Source: Patescibacteria group bacterium UBA1388
GTDB taxonomy: Bacteria > Patescibacteriota > Microgenomatia > UBA1400 > PJMF01
DNA length: 64,000 nucleotides
Assembly: GCA_002305355.1 (NCBI GenBank)
Contig: DBQS01000016.1
Span: 36,279-100,278 of the forward strand
Direction: 5' to 3'
The first letter of the stretch is position 1. The number at the start of each line of letters is the position of its first letter. Shown here one piece after another: positions 26,740 through 37,924 of this stretch. A program made the translations under genes and the position numbers. The notes under the pieces are model-generated. The model was not told the DNA's origin and made no database searches. It saw only the letters and a program-made list of their open reading frames with translations.

Positions 26740-28737
26740 ATGTTAAAACAAGGATTGCGAAAATGTTGGATGGTGATGGGGTTTATTTTACTGTCCTCAC
26801 TATCCTTCACATTCTTTACATTCTTTACAACGCAAAGTGTCGCTGCCAAATCATATCAGATCGATCGAGTTGAAATCACGGCACAAATCCGAGCTGATGG
26901 TAGTATGGCAGTTGAAGAAACGCGCACATACTCATTTGACGACAATTTTACTTTTGCCTATATTAAAAAAAATATTGTGCCGGATCAATCGAAATCTCCA
27001 GATAGAACCGAGCCATATCAGTTGAGCAATTTTGAAGTTTGCGATCAAAATACATGTTATCAACAATTAGCAGATGAGCAAATTGCGGCGGCCGATGTCG
27101 ATCGGCCGCCGCAAACCTTTTATGTACAAAACCAAGGCAACCAATACTACATAAAATGGTTTTATCGCTCCAGTCAAACCGAAGAATTTACACTTCGCTA
27201 CATAATCAGCAATGCCGTAACAATCCATCAAGATGTAGCTGAATTGTATTGGCAGTGGATTGGGGACGAGTGGGAAGTACCTCAATCCCATGTCACAGTT
27301 CAAGTTACTCTCCCTCCCAACATTCCCGGAGATGCGATTCAAGCGTGGGCACATGGACCACTAACTGGTATAGTCGCAATTCCTGACAATAATACCGTCA
27401 CCTTTGAAGCTCCGCGAGTAAAGGTGGGTGAGTTTTTTGAAGGCCGCATCATCCTTCCAAAAGATAATTTTACTGCCGGTGTTATTGGTGAGGGTTCCTC
27501 AGATAGCATTAAACAACAAGAAGCAGAATTTATTGCCCAAACTCAGCGAGATTTGGAAAAGAAAAATTTAATTGCAAGTGCGATTTCAATTTTTAGCCTA
27601 GTTGTCTTGGGTGGGATCATATTCAATTTTTATTGGGTAATTAAACGATTTTATCTACTTGGCAAAGATCTGCAGCTGCCGCAAGTTTCACTATCTGGTA
27701 AACTCTGGGAACCACCGAGCGAAATTGATTCTGCCCAGGTAGATCAACTGCTTTCTGGCAGCCAAAGCCTTACTCCCAAAGCATTTACGGCCACGATTTT
27801 ATCACTTATCCACAAACGAGTTTATAAAATGAGGCGGAGTGATCAAAAACAAGGTCTACTATTTAAAAAATTCAATTATTATCTAGAAAAACAAAGTCAT
27901 CAACAACAGAATTTATCGCAAATTGAAAAGGCAGTCTCTTCATTTTTGGAAAAGATAGGCACTAAATCAATCAAGTTTCAGGGACAGGCGGAAGAAGTGT
28001 TGCCACTTGAAGAAATCAGCAAATGGACGAGAACTCACCGTTCAACTGCTTATCATTTCTTTAAAAATTTGGAAAAAATTACTCACCAAAAAAACCTTAA
28101 GGAAGGTTACTTCGATCAAGCTGCAGATAAGTACAGTAAAAATTATTACACGGTGGTGTACTTCTTTTTACTAGGGGCAGCCCAATTTATGATGTTGATG
28201 AAAGTCAGCGATGTAATAGTAAACACCCCACTCTTATCAATCGGTTTGCTGGCAACTCCTATCGGCATAGTGCTTGCTATCATTGGCATCGTAGTCAATA
28301 TGATTTTCTTATCCCAAGGTCAAAAAAGAACAACTTTGGGTGCTAAAGAGGCAGCAAGTTGGAAAGCCTTTAAAAAACATATGGAAGATTACAAAAAAAC
28401 AGCCAACTACCCAATCGATTCAATTATTTTGTGGGAAAAATATTTAGTTTATGGTACTGTGCTGGGAGTTTCAAAAAAAGCACTCTCTCAACTACCAGTG
28501 TCATTTACTCCAGAAGATACACAGGTTGCCACAACTTATTGGGCTGGTAGCACAGATGGAGCTTCAAGCGATTTTTCTAGTTCGATTGCCGACATTTCAA
28601 GTGGGATTTCCGATGCTCTCAGCAGCATATCGTCTGCAGCTAGCTCATCCTATGGTGCCTCTGGCTCTGGCTCATCTGGTGGCGCTTCAGGCGGCGGTGG
28701 AGGCGGCGGTGGAGGCGGAGGCGGTGGAGCAGGCTAA
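26740..28737 (+). CDS. DUF2207-like membrane protein with a signal peptide, C-terminal TM helices and a Gly/Ser-rich tail.
   Basis: Architecture: N-terminal signal, about 230-aa extracytoplasmic domain, TM helices, then SGSGSSGGASGGGGGGGGGGGGGAG. Assigned by architecture only. Confidence 0.5.
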   Translation: MLKQGLRKCWMVMGFILLSSLSFTFFTFFTTQSVAAKSYQIDRVEITAQIRADGSMAVEETRTYSFDDNFTFAYIKKNIVPDQSKSPDRTEPYQLSNFEVCDQNTCYQQLADEQIAAADVDRPPQTFYVQNQGNQYYIKWFYRSSQTEEFTLRYIISNAVTIHQDVAELYWQWIGDEWEVPQSHVTVQVTLPPNIPGDAIQAWAHGPLTGIVAIPDNNTVTFEAPRVKVGEFFEGRIILPKDNFTAGVIGEGSSDSIKQQEAEFIAQTQRDLEKKNLIASAISIFSLVVLGGIIFNFYWVIKRFYLLGKDLQLPQVSLSGKLWEPPSEIDSAQVDQLLSGSQSLTPKAFTATILSLIHKRVYKMRRSDQKQGLLFKKFNYYLEKQSHQQQNLSQIEKAVSSFLEKIGTKSIKFQGQAEEVLPLEEISKWTRTHRSTAYHFFKNLEKITHQKNLKEGYFDQAADKYSKNYYTVVYFFLLGAAQFMMLMKVSDVIVNTPLLSIGLLATPIGIVLAIIGIVVNMIFLSQGQKRTTLGAKEAASWKAFKKHMEDYKKTANYPIDSIILWEKYLVYGTVLGVSKKALSQLPVSFTPEDTQVATTYWAGSTDGASSDFSSSIADISSGISDALSSISSAASSSYGASGSGSSGGASGGGGGGGGGGGGGAG

Positions 28738-28881
28738 AGACTGAAGTGAATTTTCTCCCAATCTTAGGTTGCAAAAATATTTGATATTTATTTCAGTTCT
28801 ATTAGTACATTTATCTATTAGTAAATTTATATTCGCTCTCCAACTCATAACCACTGATTATTGGTTAAAAATAGTCGCGCA

Positions 28882-29598
28882 TCACTCCGACTCACACTTA
28901 AGAATAAAGTCATTATTATTTGGGGTATCTAAATTTGGCATAAGTTGACAAGTTTCAGCAACAACCTGACTTTCCAAAGTTGCTTGAGCTCCATGGGTAT
29001 TGACTGGCTCAGTTTGCTTAGGAATTAGCTGCAAATCCTTTGAAATAAAATCCGCATTAGCATGATTAAACTCTTGCTGAGTTGTTGGCTCCATCGGAAT
29101 TAAATTATCCCCTATCGTCTTTTTATCACTAGTAGAGTTATTAATCTGCAAATTTGAATCTGTAGTATCTGGGAGGCGCTTATTCATTTGGTTTAGAGAA
29201 GGGTTTGAAAAATGAATACGGAGGTCTTGATGAGATGACAATTGACTCCATAGTTCTCGGCTTACATCTCCCAAGTAGTATGCTCCAACTTCGTCATAAT
29301 GGGCGGGATCAAGTACATCAAAAACGCAGTAAGGGCCAAATTTTTGACCATTGCTATCTTCAAGCGTCACCCACTCTCCCACATAATCCATCTTTAACGC
29401 TACATGGGCATGTTGAGCACAATTTTCGTCGATCTGCCCCCATGCCAATCGCTGCTCAATCGTCGCTCTCCGGGGATGTTCATTATAAGGCGTAACATAA
29501 CCATCAAGCGGTTGTGACTCACGCAACTCCGCAGCCGACGCTGGTGTTCCGACAAGCCAAGTCAGTAATGCTACTGCCCAGATGCCACTCTTGATCAT
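28882..29598 (-). CDS. Secreted hypothetical protein.
   Basis: Likely start MIKSGIWAVALLTWLVGTPASAAE (signal peptide). ATG at 29598. Confidence 0.4.
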   Translation of the reverse strand: MIKSGIWAVALLTWLVGTPASAAELRESQPLDGYVTPYNEHPRRATIEQRLAWGQIDENCAQHAHVALKMDYVGEWVTLEDSNGQKFGPYCVFDVLDPAHYDEVGAYYLGDVSRELWSQLSSHQDLRIHFSNPSLNQMNKRLPDTTDSNLQINNSTSDKKTIGDNLIPMEPTTQQEFNHANADFISKDLQLIPKQTEPVNTHGAQATLESQVVAETCQLMPNLDTPNNNDFILKCESE

Positions 29599-29742
29599 AC
29601 GAATCGCTTTTTCTTGATCAAGTTTGTTCTGATGATTTTCTCTGCCCAGCAGCTCATTAAAAAACATAAAGACAAAGTATACCCAGATAGCAAAAAATGA
29701 CAACCCAAAGGATTATTGTTTCCGTTAAATTATTGCTGTTTT

Positions 29743-31383
29743 CTAATACTCAGAAAGCCGATAAAGACAATCGCTTTCATGACAAGCAACCAGTTGCAAC
29801 TCTGGAGTATTTTTCACAGCTAAGCGAATCAATTCTGGATCATGCGCTCTCACGTCAACATAACTCCATCGATCGTCAAACATTTGTTGATATTCTCCAT
29901 AATGAATCAAGACTAATTCCACTTGATTATTTTTTAATATTTCGACGCTGTGAGCGTTAGGAAAATCTTTGTATAGAGCCTGAATTTCTATGATACGCTG
30001 AGGAGGAACTAAGCCACTAACACCATTAAATAACTTTTTTCCATGCTTTACCTGATAAAGTAATCTTTCATCTGCAACATTGCTATATGGTGTCATATCC
30101 CAAAGATATATCGGCAGTTCAATCAGCACTGCTCCCTCTGCCTCCCTAACGTGGTGATATATATCTGGCACGTCAGTTTGAATCTGAAAAAATGGCATCT
30201 GCTGAGAACTGTAAATCAACATCATCATCGCTCCACCAAACAAACAACACCTCATCCATGCTGTTTTCATACATGAATTATTGACCAATGAACCCAATAT
30301 CAAAGCAGCCCCAAAGTTGAATAGTATACTCCACCTTGTGACCGCCCGAAAAGCATTCGCTCCAGGCAAAATGTAGTACACAATTGCATAAGGCAGTGGG
30401 ATCGGAAAACCTAATGGCTTCCAAGTTTCCTCTCCAATTTTAATGACTGGTCCTAACATAAAAATCAAGCCAAAGACCATCATCCAGATTAAGGATGAGT
30501 GGGAGATCACTAAGCGGTGACGATGATAAGATTCTGTTGCATAAAATGACAATATACCTAGCAAAAAAAATAGCAGTATCAAGTCAAATTTAAACAATCT
30601 TTCCAAACCGTAAGCCGAGTGAGCAGTATCCCTGATGGTTCTGACTAGATTGAGCTCATGTGCGGTAAAAACATATGGCAGATAAAAAATGACTGATACG
30701 AAAATTAGTAGTAGCAGGTGACTCACAAAAATCTTATTCTTCATACACTGCCGCCACCAGCCTTGTCCAATAATTAAAGTTGCAGCAATCGCCACAAGAA
30801 AATATGCCGTCATCGGATCATTCAATGCCTGATAGAGATATGACAAACAAAAACCAATTAAATATCGATATTTATTGTTATTAACATATTTCATCAAAAA
30901 ATATATTCCCAAAGGAATACCAGCTACCAAAAAACTTTGTAAATGAACAGCAAATTCTAGGCGCAGGTACGAAAATGCAAACAAAAAAGCAGTTGCATAT
31001 ACAGCAAGCTTTTTACCATAAAGTTCTCTTGCTAAAATAAACATTGCTAAAAAAGTAAACACAGATCCACTCAACAAATGAATATTAAGATTCAAAATTA
31101 ATTGATCTGACAGTGCCCCTAACGGAAGATCCAGAATTGCTGTCGAGAGGAATGGCACTGAGTAGGTGAGCGTGTTTGCGTATGGGTAAAAAAACGGTAG
31201 ATTATATAAATTTTCATTAGCAACTAAACTTTGACCAACTTGATAAATCAACCAAGCAATTAATGGTCCATCATTGGGGGAGGTGGTGACAGATGAAAAA
31301 TTACCTAGCAGAGGAAAGAAGATCGTTAAAGTGATCATGACGCCAAATAAAGAAGGATAAAATAAACTCTGCCAGAATTTCAT
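29743..31383 (-). CDS. Polytopic membrane protein (about 12 TM), possibly a GT-C-type glycosyltransferase/oligosaccharyltransferase-like.
   Basis: Hydrophobicity pattern only. Confidence 0.35.
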   Translation of the reverse strand: MKFWQSLFYPSLFGVMITLTIFFPLLGNFSSVTTSPNDGPLIAWLIYQVGQSLVANENLYNLPFFYPYANTLTYSVPFLSTAILDLPLGALSDQLILNLNIHLLSGSVFTFLAMFILARELYGKKLAVYATAFLFAFSYLRLEFAVHLQSFLVAGIPLGIYFLMKYVNNNKYRYLIGFCLSYLYQALNDPMTAYFLVAIAATLIIGQGWWRQCMKNKIFVSHLLLLIFVSVIFYLPYVFTAHELNLVRTIRDTAHSAYGLERLFKFDLILLFFLLGILSFYATESYHRHRLVISHSSLIWMMVFGLIFMLGPVIKIGEETWKPLGFPIPLPYAIVYYILPGANAFRAVTRWSILFNFGAALILGSLVNNSCMKTAWMRCCLFGGAMMMLIYSSQQMPFFQIQTDVPDIYHHVREAEGAVLIELPIYLWDMTPYSNVADERLLYQVKHGKKLFNGVSGLVPPQRIIEIQALYKDFPNAHSVEILKNNQVELVLIHYGEYQQMFDDRWSYVDVRAHDPELIRLAVKNTPELQLVACHESDCLYRLSEY

Positions 31384-31486
31384 GTCTCCGATTGTAAACT
31401 ACCAATCAAAGCGTCTACCAGAATAGTTGCTTTTCAACCCCACTTCATTTACTATTAGCACATAATATATTGATATATTATTTTTT

Positions 31487-32533
31487 ATGACAAAATGGTT
31501 TAAAGAACACATCCCAACCTTGACAATACTAGGATTGCTCGTTGCAACCGCTCTCACCATGATTATTTTCGGAGATCCTCAACCTCTTGAAAAAGCAGTA
31601 ATTTCAGGATCAATTAACTTAAACGGAATTGATTCAAAAATTGCATTAAACAAAGGTAATCTCGTACTTATGCAAAGGCAGCATGGTCAATCGGATTTTG
31701 TAACAACCAATCTCATAATGCCTTTGGCCGATGAACAAACCTGGAGTTGGACTGAAGCTAAATCTGGCGTGACATATGACCTGCAATCCGACCTCTTTTT
31801 TAATGGGCAGCATGTTGCATCCAGCAATATTCTGACAGTTACCGCCCCGGCAACAGATCAAGTATTTACCTTTAACATTCAGTCGCTCAATTTAGCTGAA
31901 GATGTTATTCCTGAAACAAAGGCAATAATTACAGGCAAAGTTTTCATCGACGGCTTCATACCCGATGCAGCTACGATCTCAATTTTTGCGTCTGGTCAAA
32001 GTTTGCAGGATACTGAACAAGTTATCACCAATCTACCTGCCCAAGCGATCACTGATTTTGCATGGGAAGGTGCTTTGTCCGGTCAAGAATATCAATTGGA
32101 AGCACGGTTAATTGATGCAGATGGCACTCCAATTGGCACTTCACGGAAATATACTTTGGTTGCTCCAGCCAAATCAGAAATCTTACAACTGAGCTCTCAA
32201 GCCACTCCGCTACTGTTAGAAGAGACATCTCAAACAGCCTCAATTTCTGGCGAAGTACACATCTCAGGACCACTCACTGCCAACAGTAGCGTGCTACTGT
32301 TGCAACGAACCATCGGTGATTCCAATTTTACTGCCTTTGACAGATTAAATCCAACGGTTCAGCTTGATTGGACATTGCCAAATTTAACACCTGGACAAAA
32401 GTTGGAAATTACCGCGGTAATGCAAGTTAATGAACAAAATACAGCAACGGGAGAAATTATCACCCCAACAGCTCCCGCCTCAAACCAAATAATTAATCTC
32501 GACACAGGTCTGAACTTGTCTAATCCTCTTTAG
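31487..32533 (+). CDS. N-terminally anchored extracytoplasmic hypothetical protein.
   Basis: TM LTILGLLVATALTMIIF, then a Thr/Ser-rich beta-type sequence. Confidence 0.35.
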   Translation: MTKWFKEHIPTLTILGLLVATALTMIIFGDPQPLEKAVISGSINLNGIDSKIALNKGNLVLMQRQHGQSDFVTTNLIMPLADEQTWSWTEAKSGVTYDLQSDLFFNGQHVASSNILTVTAPATDQVFTFNIQSLNLAEDVIPETKAIITGKVFIDGFIPDAATISIFASGQSLQDTEQVITNLPAQAITDFAWEGALSGQEYQLEARLIDADGTPIGTSRKYTLVAPAKSEILQLSSQATPLLLEETSQTASISGEVHISGPLTANSSVLLLQRTIGDSNFTAFDRLNPTVQLDWTLPNLTPGQKLEITAVMQVNEQNTATGEIITPTAPASNQIINLDTGLNLSNPL

Positions 32534-32805
32534 CAAGCAAAAGACATTTGTGAAAACATGATTCACCATGAGCGTCACTATTTGAAATAGAGATCTCTAA
32601 AAAGCAATCCACGCAATCAACACTGACCGCTCAACAATATCCTGCCTCATCAATGAACCTCCCAAGGGAAACAATCAGCAACTCAATATGAATAACAACC
32701 ACCACTAGTATCTGGCTGTTGACCTTTCACTAATCTAAATCGAAATCCCAATCTTAACCAATGTATGCCTGGCTTTAGGTCATAGCTGTAATATAGTGAG
32801 TTCTC

Positions 32806-33378
32806 TTAACTCAATTTCTTGAGCCGCTTGGGTCGGGGAAAGCTAAAAAGACGTAACAACCGAAAACCTAAGGCAGTTGTAAAAATTCCATGGGTGAGAA
32901 TTATTAATCCCATCATCCCAACAGAAAGTGTAAGTGACAATTGAAAGTGACTGAACAACAAGAATGATAGTAGTAGCAAGACCAGTGCGTGGAATTTTAA
33001 TATTAATTCACCTTCAAATTTTGCGTTACCTGTTTGAAGTGAGATGAAAAGGTTGCAAATTCCCACTGTTAAAATCCAACTCGCCATCACAAAAATTAAT
33101 CCGGCCAATGTAATTTGAGGAAAGAAAACAATTAAGCACCCAGCCATTAAGGCAATCATTCCCTGGCAGAAAAATGTCCACCAAGCATCATCTTTTTGTT
33201 CCTCCACAAGAACCAAAATTGTTAATATTGCCGCTTCCAGTAAAAAGTAAAAACCGAGAATAGTCATTAAAACTCTCATCGCTTTATCAGGGTTTGCCAT
33301 CAAAATCAAACCTGCGAATAGTGTCACCAAGCCTCTCGTCACGATTAGCCATTTTTGATGAACATAGTTGTCCCACAT
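32806..33378 (-). CDS. DUF308/HdeD-like small multi-TM membrane protein.
   Basis: Repeated G(x)nL/F TM hairpins (LVTLFAGLILMANP..., MTILGFYFLLEAA). Paralogous to the next gene. Confidence 0.45.
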   Translation of the reverse strand: MWDNYVHQKWLIVTRGLVTLFAGLILMANPDKAMRVLMTILGFYFLLEAAILTILVLVEEQKDDAWWTFFCQGMIALMAGCLIVFFPQITLAGLIFVMASWILTVGICNLFISLQTGNAKFEGELILKFHALVLLLLSFLLFSHFQLSLTLSVGMMGLIILTHGIFTTALGFRLLRLFSFPRPKRLKKLS

Positions 33379-33453
33379 CGTATGAACTCCTCTCTAATTG
33401 TATCTCGCCTTATCACTTGACATGTTTTTCTCTTACCCCATCACTAAATACGA

Positions 33454-34089
33454 TCACACGTGCGGCATTGTTCGCACTCGCAAAGACATAATCACCATTC
33501 CAATACCACCTATCAAGGTTAAAATGGATACTGCAAACACCATCGTGACAAACTTGGCAGCAATGGGCATACCCAATAGCACAATTCCCAAAATTAAATA
33601 CAAAATGCCAGCTAAAAAGTAACTCCAAGACCAATCATAACCAAATTTTTCTGTAGATTGATTGCCAATAAATATCTTTAACACCCCATTTCCCAATAAA
33701 ACCAAAGCAATCAGCCAATTCATGACGGTTGGTGTGAGCATGCCCACAAAAATCGCGTTGTTCATGATTCCCAAACCAGTAATCATACTTAATACTCCAC
33801 CAAATAAACTCATCCCTTTCAACTCTAGAAATAGATTGGAAAAGATGATCACTAAATCAATCAAGCCTACTACCAACCAATAAAATCCTAAGACTGTCAC
33901 CAAGGCAGTCGGAGTTTCCACCGCCCCAAAGATAAGCATTATTCCAGTCAAAACAGTTATGATTCCTTGAATTAATAACAACCACCAACTATTTGAAAGT
34001 GTTTGTAATGCTGCTTGTTTGTTAGTTTTTTTTGACCGAACAGATCTTGGCATATGGAAATCCTTTCCGATTAGTTTTGTGAATATCAT
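33454..34089 (-). CDS. DUF308/HdeD-like small multi-TM membrane protein (paralog).
   Basis: LLLIQGIITVLTGIMLIFGA..., VLGFYWLVVGLIDLV. Confidence 0.45.
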   Translation of the reverse strand: MIFTKLIGKDFHMPRSVRSKKTNKQAALQTLSNSWWLLLIQGIITVLTGIMLIFGAVETPTALVTVLGFYWLVVGLIDLVIIFSNLFLELKGMSLFGGVLSMITGLGIMNNAIFVGMLTPTVMNWLIALVLLGNGVLKIFIGNQSTEKFGYDWSWSYFLAGILYLILGIVLLGMPIAAKFVTMVFAVSILTLIGGIGMVIMSLRVRTMPHV

Positions 34090-34245
34090 GAGTGGTGAGC
34101 GGTTTGATATTAATTGAAGTTAATTATAAACATTAATATCTATTTGTCATTATTATGATATCTTATCAACTGCCTGTCTAAAAACTTGCACAAACTCCAC
34201 ACAATGTCATTAGGAAAAAATAAAAATTTGAGAAAAAAAGAATTA

Positions 34246-35978
34246 TTATTTGCAAAAAATAGCTAACTTATTAGTATCCCTCAAAACCGTTTGCCACTCA
34301 TTCAGATCAATAACTTGAGCCACAACGTGCACCGTAGTCGGATCATAATATTTGATCGCCAACTGGGGTGGGATCTGATCACCAGGACCCGCAATATACA
34401 GCGTTTTTGTATCAGACAGCTGTTGAGTACAAATGATATCCCTTGGTTCTAAATCACCAAATTCATATTTATCAAGCTTGGTCGGATGCTGAAAACCTGC
34501 TTGATCAGGTTCTGGAAATACTACAACTTGTCGATACCATGCGGGATTAAGTTGCCCATACCAGGCAAGAGCAATATGAGCATCAGGAAAATGTTGATGG
34601 AAATAAATTCGTTGATAATTGTCGCTGATTTCCAAGACATCAATGACTGCTTGTTTTGGTAAGGGGTATGATCGCCAACTATACTGTACTGGATAAATTA
34701 CCCAATAACTAACTAAAAATCTGGCAGTTATAATAAGTGTTGCCACGAGAAAGAACGTGGCGACTGATTTATCATGTGTCTTTTTACTGACCCACTTCCA
34801 ACTAGCAAATAATCCCATCCCAATAATAATGGCTGCAAAAGGCATTAAAGCTGCGCCTCTAATCACTTGCGGAGGACCTGCTAAGCTGCTTGGAATTACC
34901 GCTAAAATCCACATAATCATAAACATTAGCCATGTCGGTTGGGCCCTTTTTCGCCATATAAAAACCATGCCTATCACGTAAAACGGGTAGAGAATCCATA
35001 TAAATTCACCCCACCCAGGCATTGAAGTATAAACCAAATCAGATCCTCCTCCATCAAAAAATAAAAATGTGGGTAAAATAAAATGGGCATGATGAGACAC
35101 TATTTTCTCTAGATATGTCAGTGGCTTATTAAATAGCAACTTACACAACAAGCTTAATCGAGGGTCAACAATGAAACAATTAGCTCTTTGTTCATTAACA
35201 GTCATGGTTACTCCCTGGTCTGAGAAGATTGAAACTTGATTAAATCTGGCGGTACCTGCAGGAGATAATACTTGCGTCAAAAGAGGAAGTACAAGTAAAC
35301 AAAAAATAAGAACAGCCAGCAAAAAGCTTTTTCTCGGTAATTTATACTTCCAAATAATTACCCCAACCACTAGTCCAAACAAGGGCACCAACATCCGGAA
35401 CGCTACATAACTGTAAACTGCTCCTGCCAACGACATTCCTAATACCCATACCCAAATTTTTTTAGCATTGGGGTTTTGAATAATTTTGACAGCCGCCAAA
35501 ACCCCAAACAGAAAAAATGCTGTTGCTAAATGAGATTCAATTGCTAATCGAGAAAGATGAATTGGCCATGGAGAAATGGCAACTACTATACTAGCTAATA
35601 AGCTTGCCAATCGTTTGTTAGTTAAAACATACGTCAGCTAATAACTAGCAATGATAATCAATATACCAGCCAAGAGGGAAGGTATTTTGAGTGCCAAATC
35701 ATTCACTCCAAACATAACAAAGCTGATTACTGTCAGATAGATATAAGCCGGCAACTTATAATCACCAAATGCTTTAAATAAACGAGCGGAAATTTTTCTC
35801 CCCATTCATCTTGGCCGGTATTCAAAATCGAAAATGCGTTGTACGCAATGCTCATTTCATCATGCACCAACACCAACTTATCAAGATTAACTATTCTGAA
35901 AAATAAACTAATAGACACAATCAACACTAAAGTTAAAACATGCCAGTTATTCATGATGTATTGATGAAACCGCCGCAT
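34246..35978 (-). pseudogene. Disrupted GT-C family (ArnT/PMT-like, GT39/83-type) membrane glycosyltransferase. One -1 frameshift at a homopolymer plus one in-frame TAG.
   Basis: N-terminal fragment MRRFHQYIMNNWHVLTL...HDEMSIAYNAFSILNTGQDEWGEKFPL ends at TGA 35733-35735. The protein continues in another frame as ARLFKAFGDYKLPAYIYLTVISFVMFG...IIIASY. Adding one T to the T5 run at 35793-35797 restores the frame. TAG at 35638-35640 then separates the 454-aa C-terminal ORF. Confidence 0.5.
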
Positions 35979-36118
35979 AATATTGCATTCCAAGTAAATT
36001 GAAAAGTATTTCGCTAAAAAAAGTTTACATCGCTTTTCAAAATTTATAATTCGAATAATTATGGTCAGGTGCGATGCTTTGACAGTTGCCACCCTCAAAT
36101 TCGTAGTCTTGATTGTTG

Positions 36119-37924
36119 CTACATCCGCTGCGGCACCTCTATCCCTAATAATTCCAGTCCTAAACGGAGCACCCGTCCAAAAGCAGTCGTCAGAACAAGT
36201 CTGGCAGTGGTTTGAGCCCGATCATCAGTCACGATCTGCACCGAGTGATAAAATCTGGTGAAATTTTTCGCCAAGTCATAGAGATAAATTGCCAATCCTG
36301 AAGGGTTATAATTGGCCGCTGCTTGCTCAATCGATTCCGGAAATTTGGCCAAAGACAGGACCAACTGAAACTCCTCTTCTGTACCTAGCTCCAGGTGATC
36401 AAAATCCGGTTGAAAAATGTGCTCATCAAACTGACCTTTTTGCAGTAGTGATTGAGATCTGGCATAAGCATATTGTAAGTAAGCAGCACTATTTCCTTCT
36501 AAAGAGATAATCTTATCCCAATCAAAAGTAATGGTGCGACCCGGATCACCTGATAAATCTGTCCACTTGATGGCACCAATCGCCACTTGGTGAATTAATC
36601 GCTCTTTATCTTCAACGTTCTCAACCCGAGTTCTTTCTTCAACCAACTTGGTCGCCCGCTTAATGGCTTCATCGATCACCTCATCAAGCATCACCACCCG
36701 TCCTTTTCTAGTAGACATCTTGCCATCGGGCAATCTGATCATGCCAAATGAAACATGTTTCATTTGCGCAGGCTCAGCATAGCCCAACCGATGCATGATC
36801 TCAAAAAGTTGTTTTAAGTATAAGTTTTGGTCATTACCCACTACATAAATTAAATGATCAGCGCGTAATTCGGTGAGACGATATTTAGCAGTCGCGATAT
36901 CCCGCGTCATATAAATTGTGGCACCGTCAGATTTTTGAATAATGCTTGTCCCCAACCCCACATCTTCAAGATTAATCACGACTGCGCCTTCACTTTCCTG
37001 CGCGACACCCTTCTGATATGCCTCGTGAATGATTTCCTGGAGCATAGGTTCGTAAAAACTCTCACCAAGTGCCAAATCAAACTTGACACCAAGCCGGTCA
37101 TAAGTTTTCTGAAAATCAGCTAAAGACCAGTCCACTATCTGTTGCCAGCGTTTGCGAGCTGTTTTATCACCCTCTTCTAATCTTTTAAACCATGCGCGGC
37201 CGGCGGCTTTGATTTTTGCCGCTTGTTTGGTCGCTTCATCTAGGTCTTGATGAACATAATATTCTGACTGCGGATCGCCGGCCGCACTTACTTTGACATA
37301 CAATTTTTGCAACTCTGGAATAGGATCTTTGGCAATCTGCGCCTCATCCCCCCACAGCTCAATCGCCGCTAACAAGTGGCCAAACTGAGTACCCCAATCG
37401 CCAAGATGATTATCCTTGACCACTTCATACCCCAACTTCAAATAAATTTTAGCAAGTGCATCACCAATGATCGTTGATCGCAAATGACCTACACTCATCC
37501 GTTTGGCAATATTGGGCGAAGACATATCGATCACCACTTTGTGAGGCTGCGCTAAACTGTTGGCGCCGTAATCATCAGCCTGTTGCCAAATTTGCTGCAA
37601 AACCCGATTGGTGAACTGGGTTTTTTTTAAACTGACGTTAATATAAGCACCGACTGCAAAATAATGGTCAACCAAACTGCTTGATTCCACCATAAGCTTC
37701 TTCGTTAAACTGTCCGCGATCGCGGCTGGATCAGCGTGCAATTCTTGGCTAAAAATGCCACAATGGAAACCTAAATCTCCCACTTCAGTGGCTGGCACAC
37801 TAATAATCGGCACTTTGTTAGCTAATTCAGGTGAAATCCCACTGCGCTGCAATGCAGCTCGAATCTCGTCTTTAATTTTTGCTAATACTGGCTGATTTGG
37901 TGAATCGTGAGCTATGTTTAACAT
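36119..37924 (-). CDS. argS: Arginine--tRNA ligase.
   Basis: Class I aaRS with HIGH-like region, KMSTRKG (KMSKS-type) motif, anticodon-binding DALR C-terminal domain ending ...VPQRM. Length 601 aa. Confidence 0.9.
   Translation of the reverse strand: MLNIAHDSPNQPVLAKIKDEIRAALQRSGISPELANKVPIISVPATEVGDLGFHCGIFSQELHADPAAIADSLTKKLMVESSSLVDHYFAVGAYINVSLKKTQFTNRVLQQIWQQADDYGANSLAQPHKVVIDMSSPNIAKRMSVGHLRSTIIGDALAKIYLKLGYEVVKDNHLGDWGTQFGHLLAAIELWGDEAQIAKDPIPELQKLYVKVSAAGDPQSEYYVHQDLDEATKQAAKIKAAGRAWFKRLEEGDKTARKRWQQIVDWSLADFQKTYDRLGVKFDLALGESFYEPMLQEIIHEAYQKGVAQESEGAVVINLEDVGLGTSIIQKSDGATIYMTRDIATAKYRLTELRADHLIYVVGNDQNLYLKQLFEIMHRLGYAEPAQMKHVSFGMIRLPDGKMSTRKGRVVMLDEVIDEAIKRATKLVEERTRVENVEDKERLIHQVAIGAIKWTDLSGDPGRTITFDWDKIISLEGNSAAYLQYAYARSQSLLQKGQFDEHIFQPDFDHLELGTEEEFQLVLSLAKFPESIEQAAANYNPSGLAIYLYDLAKNFTRFYHSVQIVTDDRAQTTARLVLTTAFGRVLRLGLELLGIEVPQRM

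Noticed and set aside
28560-28737. Tandem GGC/GGT/GGA codon repeats resembling a microsatellite.
   Set aside because: They lie in-frame within the DUF2207-like gene and encode its Gly/Ser-rich tail. This is coding low complexity, not a separate repeat element or CRISPR.
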